Shown here: in pieces, positions 55,713-64,000 of the stretch | Numbering within the stretch: the stretch's first letter is position 1 | Layout of the letters: each line of letters opens with the position of its first letter | Assembly (NCBI GenBank): GCA_018692315.1 | Contig: JABHKC010000098.1 | Location: forward strand, 6,572 to 70,571 | Reading direction: 5' to 3' | From: Bacteroidota bacterium | Lineage (GTDB): Bacteria > Bacteroidota > Bacteroidia > Bacteroidales > JABHKC01 | Length of the DNA stretch: 64,000 nt | Program-made: the position numbers and the translations under genes | The notes under the pieces: model-generated | The model's input: only the letters and a program-made list of their open reading frames with translations | The model's database searches: none | Told to the model about the DNA's origin: nothing

Positions 55713-56459
55713 ATGAAAAAGAATCTATATCTAATTTTTTTGTTAATTGCTAATTTTGCTTTTTCTCAATTTTCTCTTGAAAATGCAAAAACAATTCCGA
55801 TGTTTACTGTAAATTATTCCTTGCAATTTCCTCAAAAAGATTTGGCAGAAAGGTATGGTGTTAATTCGATGATTGGCTCATCGTTTTCGCTAAAGCTAAA
55901 ATCGAATTTTATTATCGGAATTGAAGCAAGCTACCTTTTTGGGAACAATCTAAAAGAAGATGGAATTTTCGATAAAATAAAAACTTCGAACGGTGAAATG
56001 ATTAATCTTTATGGAGAATATGCAGATTATATTCTTTCTGAAAGAGGTTTTTTTATGGGTGCAAAACTTGGGTATCTGTTTCCGGTTTTTTCGCCAAACG
56101 AAAATTCAGGAATCCTGATATATGCAAATTTTGGACTTCTTCAGCATAAAATTAGAATTGAAAATAACGGAAATAATACTCCGCAAATAATTAACGATTA
56201 TGCAAAAGGATATGATAGGCTAACCAATGGTTTTGCAATCAACGAATTTGTGGGTTATTCGTATATGAGCGACGATGGAAATTATAATTTTTACGCCGGA
56301 ATCGAATATTATCAAGCCTGGACAAAAAATCGTCGCGATTTCAATTTCGACACAAAACAACAGGACAATTCAGACAGGCAAGATTTTTTATACGGAATTA
56401 GAGTTGGTTGGATAATTCCAATTAAGCGGCAAACAGCGAATAATTATTATACAAAATAG
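55713..56459 (+). CDS. hypothetical secreted/outer-membrane protein
   Basis: Signal peptide, alternating aromatic beta-strand pattern; 6-bp gap to the upstream gene. Confidence 0.35.
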   Translation: MKKNLYLIFLLIANFAFSQFSLENAKTIPMFTVNYSLQFPQKDLAERYGVNSMIGSSFSLKLKSNFIIGIEASYLFGNNLKEDGIFDKIKTSNGEMINLYGEYADYILSERGFFMGAKLGYLFPVFSPNENSGILIYANFGLLQHKIRIENNGNNTPQIINDYAKGYDRLTNGFAINEFVGYSYMSDDGNYNFYAGIEYYQAWTKNRRDFNFDTKQQDNSDRQDFLYGIRVGWIIPIKRQTANNYYTK

Positions 56460-56537
56460 AATCTACTATTTCTGTTATCAATGAGCATTTCGCTTTTTGC
56501 ATAAAACCTGAACAGTCTATCTTTTTCATATTAGAAA

Positions 56538-57776
56538 ATGCTTCAACTTTATAATTTTTCAATCAGAATATATTATGCACTAATTTTTTTCGCCTCAGTT
56601 TTTGGCAATTCTAAGGCAAAATTGTGGATCGATGGCAGGAAATATATTTTTGCAAAACTAAAGTCGGCAATAAATACAAGCGAGGAAATTATCTGGTTTC
56701 ACGTAGCATCGCTTGGAGAGTTTGAGCAAGCTTTGCCACTTATTGAAGAAGTAAAATCGCAATTCAAAAATTGCAAAATATTACTTACATTTTTTTCACC
56801 TTCGGGTTTCGAAATAAAGAAGAACTATCGAGGAGCTGATTATATTTTTTATCTCCCCTTGGATACAAAATCGAATGCTAGAAAATTCGTAGAAATTGTA
56901 AATCCGAAGTTCGTAATTTTTGTGAAATATGAATTTTGGTATCATTATTTAAATTGTCTGAAAAACAGAAAAATACCAACTTATGTTGTGTCAGCAATAT
57001 TCAGAAAGAATCAACGATTTTTTAAGTGGTACGCTGGCTTTTTTAAGAAAACCTTAAATTCATTCAATCATATTTTTGTTCAAAACGAAATTTCAAAAAA
57101 CCTTCTTAGTTCAATAAATATAAATCAAGTAAGCATTGCCGGTGATACTCGTTTCGACAGAGTTGCAAAAATTTCTGAACAGTCGAAAAAAATTACTTTA
57201 GTCGAAAAATTTAAGCAAAATAGTCAGATAATTATTGGAGGAAGTAGTTGGCAGAAAGAAGAGGAAATTCTTATAAATTTTATCAATCAGGCCGAAACAG
57301 AATCTAAATTTATTATTGCTCCTCACGAAATTAAAAAAGAAAATATTGATCGGATTTTTAATTCAATAAAACCTAAAACTATAAAGTTCTCGGAGGCAGG
57401 TCCCGAAACTATTAATCAATTTGAAGTGCTTATTATTGACAATATCGGAATGCTGTCATCTCTTTATAAATATTGCGAAATTGCCTTTATTGGCGGCGGT
57501 TTTGGTGTTGGAATCCATAATATTCTTGAGGCAGCAACTTTTGGTTTGCCTGTAATTTTCGGACCAAATTACTCAAAATTTCAAGAAGCAAATGAGCTTA
57601 TTCAACTTAAAGGAGCTTTCCCAATAAGCAATTTCGAGGAATTTAATGGAACAGTAAAAAATCTGATTGCAGACAAATCTATGCTTGAAAAAACCTCCCG
57701 GATTTCAAGTGCATATGTTGAATCTAAAATTGGTGCAACAAAAATTATTATAGATTTTTTATTGAATGAAAATTAG
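56538..57776 (+). CDS. waaA: 3-deoxy-D-manno-octulosonic acid (Kdo) transferase
   Basis: IWFHVASLGEFEQALPLIEE and C-terminal GGSF/GHNILEAA-type motifs. Confidence 0.85.
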   Translation: MLQLYNFSIRIYYALIFFASVFGNSKAKLWIDGRKYIFAKLKSAINTSEEIIWFHVASLGEFEQALPLIEEVKSQFKNCKILLTFFSPSGFEIKKNYRGADYIFYLPLDTKSNARKFVEIVNPKFVIFVKYEFWYHYLNCLKNRKIPTYVVSAIFRKNQRFFKWYAGFFKKTLNSFNHIFVQNEISKNLLSSININQVSIAGDTRFDRVAKISEQSKKITLVEKFKQNSQIIIGGSSWQKEEEILINFINQAETESKFIIAPHEIKKENIDRIFNSIKPKTIKFSEAGPETINQFEVLIIDNIGMLSSLYKYCEIAFIGGGFGVGIHNILEAATFGLPVIFGPNYSKFQEANELIQLKGAFPISNFEEFNGTVKNLIADKSMLEKTSRISSAYVESKIGATKIIIDFLLNEN

Positions 57777-57834
57777 AGTTGAATTTTTTCTCTTGCAAAG
57801 CTGCAACAGGCTTTTGAGGGGAAAGTTCAAAACA

Positions 57835-58716
57835 CTATGAATAAATTTCCTTTTTCGATGCCAGTAGTGTATTTTTCAGTAAAGAAACAATGGTCATTGG
57901 GCCAACTCCGCCAGGAACGGGAGTTATATATTCACATTTCTCTGAAACTTCATCATATTTTACATCGCCTTTTAATTTCCAGCCCGATTTTGTTTTGTCA
58001 GATTTTACACGATGCATTCCTACATCGATTACTACTGCCCCGTTTTTAACCATATCTGCCGTTAGAAATTCGAGTTTGCCAATTGCAACAATTAATATAT
58101 CTGCATTTTTTGTAATCTCTTTTATGTTTTTTGTACGACTATGGCAAACGGTAACTGTAGAGTTTCCAGGATATGCTTTCTTCATCATCAGCAAACTAAG
58201 TGGCGTACCAACAATATTACTTCTTCCAATTATTACACAATTTTTCCCTACGGTTTCGATTTCATATTTTTTAATCAACTCAACTATTCCGAAAGGTGTG
58301 GCAGGCAAATATGCAGGTAGCCCTATTACCATTCTTCCAACATTCTCGGGATGAAAACCATCTACATCTTTTGATGGGTCGATAGCCAATGTAATTTTTT
58401 CTTCAGAAATATGATCTGGCAATGGTAGTTGTACTATAAAGCCATCAATTTCAGGGCTTTGATTTAGCTGCGAAATTTCTGCTAATAATTTGTTTTCAGA
58501 AATATTTTCGTCGAATCTCAAAGTAGTAGAATCAAATCCAACCTGTTCGCAAGCTTTGGTTTTGTGCCCGACGTAAGTTTCGCTCGCCGGATCGTTGCCA
58601 ACAATTATTGCTGCAAGATGCGGAACTTTCCCGCCATTTTCATTTATCTTGTTTACTTCTTCAGCAATCTGATTTTTTATTTCAGATGAGATTTTTTTTC
58701 CATCAATTATTTGCAT
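57835..58716 (-). CDS. folD: bifunctional methylenetetrahydrofolate dehydrogenase/cyclohydrolase
   Basis: [39 protein letters not shown] signatures. Confidence 0.95.
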   Translation of the reverse strand: MQIIDGKKISSEIKNQIAEEVNKINENGGKVPHLAAIIVGNDPASETYVGHKTKACEQVGFDSTTLRFDENISENKLLAEISQLNQSPEIDGFIVQLPLPDHISEEKITLAIDPSKDVDGFHPENVGRMVIGLPAYLPATPFGIVELIKKYEIETVGKNCVIIGRSNIVGTPLSLLMMKKAYPGNSTVTVCHSRTKNIKEITKNADILIVAIGKLEFLTADMVKNGAVVIDVGMHRVKSDKTKSGWKLKGDVKYDEVSEKCEYITPVPGGVGPMTIVSLLKNTLLASKKEIYS

Positions 58717-58792
58717 TTTTTTAATTTGTATGTTTGAAATTCGGGAAAGCTTGAATAAAGTTTCTAATTTCTAATTTCCAATTTTTGACTCT

Positions 58793-60127
58793 CTACCTTT
58801 TAGCAGCAGTAAGGTTATTCATCATTCGTTTTAAGTTTTTTCCGCTGCTTGCCATTTTCATAATTTTTCGAGTTTCGTCAAATTGTTTGATCAATTGATT
58901 AACTTCTTGAACCGTTGTTCCGCTACCATTTGCAATTCGGCGGCGGCGGCTACCATTCAAAACAGTGGGATTGTCTCTTTCTATGGGTGTCATCGATTGA
59001 ATTATTGCTTCAATATTCTTGAAAGCATCGTCATCCATATCCATATTTTTTATTGCTTTTCCAACTCCGGGAATCATTCCGGCAAGGTCTTTCATATTCC
59101 CCATTTTTTTTATTTGCTGAATTTGCTTATAAAAATCGTTGAAGTTGAATTGGTTTTTCGCAATTTTCTTTTGAAGTTTTCTTGCTTCATCAGCATCGAA
59201 ATGTTCTTGAGCTTTTTCTACAAAGCTTACTACATCGCCCATTCCAAGAATACGGTTTGCCATACGGTCGGGGTAGAAAATCTCTAAAGCATCGAGCTTT
59301 TCGCCTGTACCTACAAATTTGATTGGCTTATTTACAACCGATTTTATTGTTAAGGCTGCTCCACCTCTTGTGTCACCATCAAGTTTTGTAAGCACAACAC
59401 CATCATAATCGAGACGATTGTTAAATTCTTTCGCAGTATTTACAGCATCTTGCCCTGTCATTGAATCAACAACAAATAATATCTCGTGCGGATTGATTTT
59501 ATTTTTAATTGTGGTTATCTCGTTCATCATTTGTTCGTCTATTGCCAAACGACCTGCCGTATCTACAATCACCAAATTATGTCCGTTTTCCTTTGCATAT
59601 TTTACCGAAGCTTTGGCAATTTTCACAGGATCGAGATTTCCTTCTTCGGAATAAACCGGAATATCAATCTGTCCGGCAAGAACTTTCAACTGCTCAATTG
59701 CAGCAGGACGATAAACATCACAAGCCACCAACAAAGGATTTTTCCCTCGTTTTGTTTTTAGATAGTTTGCAAGTTTACCCGAAAATGTTGTTTTACCGGA
59801 ACCCTGCAAACCAGCAATAAGAATTATGCTTGGATTGGTTTTAATGTTTACATCAACCTGATCGCCTCCCATGAGACCGGTCAGCTCATCGTTAACAATT
59901 TTTATCATCAACTGGCTTGGTTTCAGCGATTTTAGCACATCTTGTCCAAGGGCTTTTTCCTTTACTGTATCAGTAAACGATTTTGCAATTTTGAAATTTA
60001 CATCGGCATCTAACAATGCTCTTCGTACATCTTTTAAGGTTTCGGCTACATTGATTTCTGTAATCCTGCCCTCGCCTTTCAGTATTTTAAACGACTTTTC
60101 TAATCTATCTGATAATTTTTCGAACAT
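58793..60127 (-). CDS. ffh: signal recognition particle protein
   Basis: NG domain GLQGSGKTT, DTAGR, TKLDGD; Met-rich M domain. Confidence 0.95.
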   Translation of the reverse strand: MFEKLSDRLEKSFKILKGEGRITEINVAETLKDVRRALLDADVNFKIAKSFTDTVKEKALGQDVLKSLKPSQLMIKIVNDELTGLMGGDQVDVNIKTNPSIILIAGLQGSGKTTFSGKLANYLKTKRGKNPLLVACDVYRPAAIEQLKVLAGQIDIPVYSEEGNLDPVKIAKASVKYAKENGHNLVIVDTAGRLAIDEQMMNEITTIKNKINPHEILFVVDSMTGQDAVNTAKEFNNRLDYDGVVLTKLDGDTRGGAALTIKSVVNKPIKFVGTGEKLDALEIFYPDRMANRILGMGDVVSFVEKAQEHFDADEARKLQKKIAKNQFNFNDFYKQIQQIKKMGNMKDLAGMIPGVGKAIKNMDMDDDAFKNIEAIIQSMTPIERDNPTVLNGSRRRRIANGSGTTVQEVNQLIKQFDETRKIMKMASSGKNLKRMMNNLTAAKR

Positions 60128-60272
60128 AACTTTTCAATTTTTTGCAAAATTATAAAATCTTTGGGATTGAAGTAGAAATTTGAGACAATAAATATTTCGA
60201 AATTATAATTTGGAATAAGGAACTATTTGTTCTATTTTTATGTCAAAATTAAAATGCCGATAACAAACAATT

Positions 60273-62360
60273 ATGAAAACAAGATTTATTATTATAATAA
60301 GTACATTATTAATTTCAACAAACATTTTTGCACAAGGACTTTTGCTTGATTGGGTGGCAGGTTTTGGAGGAGCAAATGCTGGAGGTGGAGGTAAAACTAT
60401 TACTGTTGATAACGATGGGAATGTTTATACGCTTGGTAATTTTTTTGGAACTATGGATTTTGATCCTGGAATTGGAGTTTCTAATCTTTCATCAAATGGA
60501 CCATCAAATGAATTTATTACAAAATTTGACAATTCTGGAAATTTAATATGGGCAAGAAGAATAGGTGCGAATAGTAATCAATATGGTCAATTTATTGCAA
60601 TTGATCCGTTTGGCAACCTTTATCATGTTGGATCTTTTTCTGGAACAGTTGACTTTGATCCGGGAAGTGGTATATTTAATCTTAGTTCGAACGGGATTAA
60701 TGATATTTTTATTTCTAAACTTGATTCATCAGGCTATTTTATATGGGCCAAAAGTATAGGAGGAATAGACTCTGATATGGCAACTTCTGTGGATATTGAT
60801 AATGAGGGAAATGTATGCCTAACAGGAACTTTTAGTGAAACTGCCGATTTCGACCCTAATATTGGAATTCATAATATTACATCAAATGGTAGTTCGGATA
60901 TTTTTGTATTGAAACTTAGTTCTACTGGAGATATGATTTATGCGTACAATTTTGGGGGTGATACCGGTGATAATATTGGAAAATCAATAACTATTGATGC
61001 CTCACACAATGTCTATGTTGCCGGAACTTTTTGCGATACTGTAGATTTTGATCCCGATCCGTTTGGAGTATATAATCTAAATGAAACACATGGTACAATT
61101 TTTATCTTAAAATTAGATAACTCCGGTAATTTTGTATGGAGTATTAACATTGGGGGCAATGCTACTTGGTTAAATAGTTGTAGTTCGCTTTCTGTTGATG
61201 ATTCTGAGAATGTCTATTTAACCGGCGAATTTACAGACACTATGGATTTTGATCCGGGACCAGGTGTGTATAATCTAATTTCATTATTTTACATAGACAT
61301 TTATATTTCAAAATTTGATGAAAATGGCAATTTTGATTTTGTGAAAAGTGTTAGAAGCGAAAACTTTATGGTTAGTAATGCAAGTAATTCCATTAGTATT
61401 GACAATTCAGGAAATATTTATACAATAGGAGCTTTTCAAATTGTAGCTGATTTCGATCCTGATCCGATAGGCATTGATTATTTGACATCAAATGGATTAT
61501 ACGATATTTTTATTTCAAAATTAGATTCATTCGGAAATCATGTTTGGGCACAAAACTTTGGTTCAAATTCTTTTGATGAAGGAACATCAATTACTGTTGA
61601 TAATGCAGGAAATGTCTTTTCAACAGGATATTTTGAAAACACGGTAGATTTTGATCCTAATTCTGGCATATGTAATTTGACATCTAATCCAATTAATTTC
61701 CCAAACCCTTTCATCTTAAAACTTAAGACTTGCTATGAGACATCATCTACTTTAGAAATATTTTCCTGCAAAAACTACATTTCGCCTTCAGGAGATAGCT
61801 TAACAAATTCAGGGGTTTATATTGATACAATTGCAAATGCTGCGGGTTGCGATAGCATCATAACTTTAGATTTGACAATATATAATGTTGATACTTCAGT
61901 TTTCCAAAATGGAAATACCTTGTCTGCTAATGCAAACGGAGCAATTTACCAATGGATAGATTGTGGAAATGGAAATATACCAATTGCTGGAGCAACAAAC
62001 AAAATATTTATTCCCACTGCAAATGGCAGCTATGCAGTAATAATTACAGAAAATGGCTGCACCGACACAAGTTCGTGTTATATAATAAACACAGTTAGTA
62101 TATCAGAAAATGATTTTGATTCAGGAGTAAAAGTTTATCCAAATCCGGCAAATGAAAAAATTCATATAGATTTCGAAACCTTTTATCCAAAAGGAACTGT
62201 TGAAATAATAAATAATTCCGGTCAGCTTTTGATTGAAAAGAATTTTGCAAATCAAAAAACAATCGAGTTGGATATTAAAAAATTACCGGCTGGCGAATAT
62301 TTTGTAAGGAAAGTTGTGGAAAATAAAACTATCTTTGTTGAAAAATTTGTGAAGGAATAG
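60273..62360 (+). CDS. SBBP beta-propeller-repeat T9SS cargo protein
   Basis: About 9 repeats of GNxYxTGxFxxTxDFDPGxGxxNLxS...DIFISKLD; C-terminal VYPNPANEKIHIDF...GEYFVRK sorting domain. Confidence 0.7.
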   Translation: MKTRFIIIISTLLISTNIFAQGLLLDWVAGFGGANAGGGGKTITVDNDGNVYTLGNFFGTMDFDPGIGVSNLSSNGPSNEFITKFDNSGNLIWARRIGANSNQYGQFIAIDPFGNLYHVGSFSGTVDFDPGSGIFNLSSNGINDIFISKLDSSGYFIWAKSIGGIDSDMATSVDIDNEGNVCLTGTFSETADFDPNIGIHNITSNGSSDIFVLKLSSTGDMIYAYNFGGDTGDNIGKSITIDASHNVYVAGTFCDTVDFDPDPFGVYNLNETHGTIFILKLDNSGNFVWSINIGGNATWLNSCSSLSVDDSENVYLTGEFTDTMDFDPGPGVYNLISLFYIDIYISKFDENGNFDFVKSVRSENFMVSNASNSISIDNSGNIYTIGAFQIVADFDPDPIGIDYLTSNGLYDIFISKLDSFGNHVWAQNFGSNSFDEGTSITVDNAGNVFSTGYFENTVDFDPNSGICNLTSNPINFPNPFILKLKTCYETSSTLEIFSCKNYISPSGDSLTNSGVYIDTIANAAGCDSIITLDLTIYNVDTSVFQNGNTLSANANGAIYQWIDCGNGNIPIAGATNKIFIPTANGSYAVIITENGCTDTSSCYIINTVSISENDFDSGVKVYPNPANEKIHIDFETFYPKGTVEIINNSGQLLIEKNFANQKTIELDIKKLPAGEYFVRKVVENKTIFVEKFVKE

Positions 62361-62453
62361 ATATTATTCTTTTTTCAAATAAAATATCGTATGTTTTATT
62401 GTGTTTTTTTTTATAGAAAATTTCAATGAGATTTGTAATTCAAAACTATTATT

Positions 62454-64000
62454 ATGAAAACGAAAATTTTTATCCTAACTAGCATTTTTTTTATTTCAAC
62501 TAACCTATTTGCTCAGCAACTACAATTTGATTGGGCTGCAGGCTTCACTGGAGAAACTGGATCTGGAACAAGTTTTGACATGGACTCAGCAGGAAACATA
62601 TATTCAGTAGGAGGATTTTCAGGAACAGGAGATTTTGATCCAGGGTCTGGAGTATATAATCTGACCTCAAATTATTTTACTGCATATATTTCTAAATTAG
62701 ATGCAGCAGGTAATTTTGTTTTTGCAAATAGAATTGGCAATGGTGGAGATGTTGGTTGTGCTGATATTACAATTAATCTTGAGGGAAATTTTCTTATTAT
62801 AGGGCGTTTTGCAGATACATTAGATCTTGATTTTGGGCCTGGCGAATATTTAGTTCCCGGACCAGGAATGTATATTGCTAAATATAATTCATCAGGAGAT
62901 TTAATTTGGGCAAAAGCTATTGCTACAAATGGTGTTACTGGTGTCTCAATTTCTACAGACGCATTCAATAATATTTATATCTCAGGTAAATTTACCGGTA
63001 TTGTTGATTTTGACACAGGACCAAACGTTTTTAATCTTTCTCCTACAGTCAATACAAACAATCCCGATATATTTATATTAAAATTAGATTCATTGGGAGA
63101 TTTTTTATGGGCCAAACAAATAGGAGGAGAATTCTGTGATTATGCACATTCAATGTGTTTAGACAATATAGGGAATGTATATGTAACCGGTGAGTTTAAG
63201 AGTACTACAGATTTTGATCCAGGCCCTGGCGTGTTTAACCTTTCTGCAGAATATCTTTCATGTTATATTGTCAAATTAAATTCTTCAGGAAATTTTGTGT
63301 GGGCAAATACCTTTGAAGGTGGAATGTCTCGTGGGCATTCAATTGTTTGTGATAATTCAGGTTATATTTATGTAACAGGGAATTTCTCTGGAACTGTTGA
63401 TTTTGATCCTGATTCAATTGGAATTTTTGAATTGACTCCGCAGGAAAATTTTGACGTTTTTATTTCTAAAATTGATACTTCTGGTACAATTTCTTTTGTA
63501 AAACATATAGAATGTTACAATTGTATTAGTTATTCAATTGCTCTTGATGCTACCGGGAATATTTATACTACAGGATATTTCCATGTTTCAGTAGATTTAG
63601 ATCCAGCAATTGGGATTTATAATCTTTATGGAAACAATGATATATTTATATCAAAATTAGATGTATCAGGAAATTTTGCTTGGGCAGGCAGCTTTGGCAG
63701 TACTGAATGGGATTATGGCAGGGATTTGAAAACTGACCATGAAAATAATGTAATTTTAGTTGGAGGATTTCATGAAGTTGTTGATTTTGATCCCGGACCA
63801 AATGTTTATAATTTGAGTTCAACATATAACCTGAACAATTATTCCCAAAACGCATTTGTATTGAAATTGAGTCAATGCTCTGAAGTGTCAAGTATAATTT
63901 CAGAATCAGCCTGCTTCAGCTATTATTTCAATGATACTACAATCACAAGTAATGGTACGTATTACGATACTATTACAAATGGTTCTGGTTGCGATAGCAT
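62454..64000 (+). CDS. SBBP beta-propeller-repeat protein, 3'-truncated by the window edge (not in ORF track)
   Basis: ATG at 62454; hand translation MKTKIFILTSIFFISTNLFAQQLQFDWAAGF... stays open to position 64000; same repeat unit and same ...GSGCDS... module as 60273-62360. Confidence 0.7.
   Translation, partial: MKTKIFILTSIFFISTNLFAQQLQFDWAAGFTGETGSGTSFDMDSAGNIYSVGGFSGTGDFDPGSGVYNLTSNYFTAYISKLDAAGNFVFANRIGNGGDVGCADITINLEGNFLIIGRFADTLDLDFGPGEYLVPGPGMYIAKYNSSGDLIWAKAIATNGVTGVSISTDAFNNIYISGKFTGIVDFDTGPNVFNLSPTVNTNNPDIFILKLDSLGDFLWAKQIGGEFCDYAHSMCLDNIGNVYVTGEFKSTTDFDPGPGVFNLSAEYLSCYIVKLNSSGNFVWANTFEGGMSRGHSIVCDNSGYIYVTGNFSGTVDFDPDSIGIFELTPQENFDVFISKIDTSGTISFVKHIECYNCISYSIALDATGNIYTTGYFHVSVDLDPAIGIYNLYGNNDIFISKLDVSGNFAWAGSFGSTEWDYGRDLKTDHENNVILVGGFHEVVDFDPGPNVYNLSSTYNLNNYSQNAFVLKLSQCSEVSSIISESACFSYYFNDTTITSNGTYYDTITNGSGCDS

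Noticed and set aside
1-64000. CRISPR arrays, rRNA operons, prophage structural genes, and intact transposases or integrases
   Set aside because: I found no regularly spaced direct repeats, no rRNA-like conserved stretches and no capsid, terminase or transposase motifs in any of the supplied ORFs. Only the 39-codon integrase stub is present.

Overview
This is a visibly AT-rich chromosomal segment with the hallmarks of a Bacteroidota genome. Many secreted proteins end in type IX secretion (T9SS) C-terminal sorting domains, several genes have TAnnTTTG -7 promoter boxes, and there is a PadR-PspC pair and a fused DAHP synthase/chorismate mutase. I count about 45 genes. Housekeeping genes: C-N hydrolase, MsbA-like ABC exporter, lipA, LD-carboxypeptidase, DAHP synthase/CM, DUF485+actP, gltA, waaA, folD and ffh. 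Envelope and secretome genes: two giant BNR/Asp-box T9SS cargo proteins, three SBBP beta-propeller-repeat proteins, a TonB-dependent receptor with a lipoprotein, and a TetR-TolC-MFP-RND efflux operon. The accessory content is the interesting part. (1) A decayed genomic island at about 33.8-44.3 kb carries a tightly packed minus-strand operon: XRE HTH, PLD-SNF2 helicase fusion, KilA-N, Eco57I/PglX-type N6-adenine methyltransferase, and an ABC ATPase. Its gene content resembles DISARM, BREX and PLD-type ATP-dependent restriction but matches none of them. The ATPase is split exactly at an A9 homopolymer. A tyrosine-integrase stub and a T9SS-domain stub sit at the island edge. (2) A DUF433/DUF5615 toxin-antitoxin pair is wedged between the MFP and RND genes of the efflux operon. 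(3) Two inverted copies of a MITE-like element of about 157 bp, each with TAA target duplications, bracket a 5.9-kb three-gene segment. (4) A GC-rich, hairpin-dense block next to the island may be an unassigned structured RNA. I found no rRNA, tRNA, tmRNA or CRISPR array by eye. All protein calls rest on motif recognition in the supplied translations, and no database search was possible.
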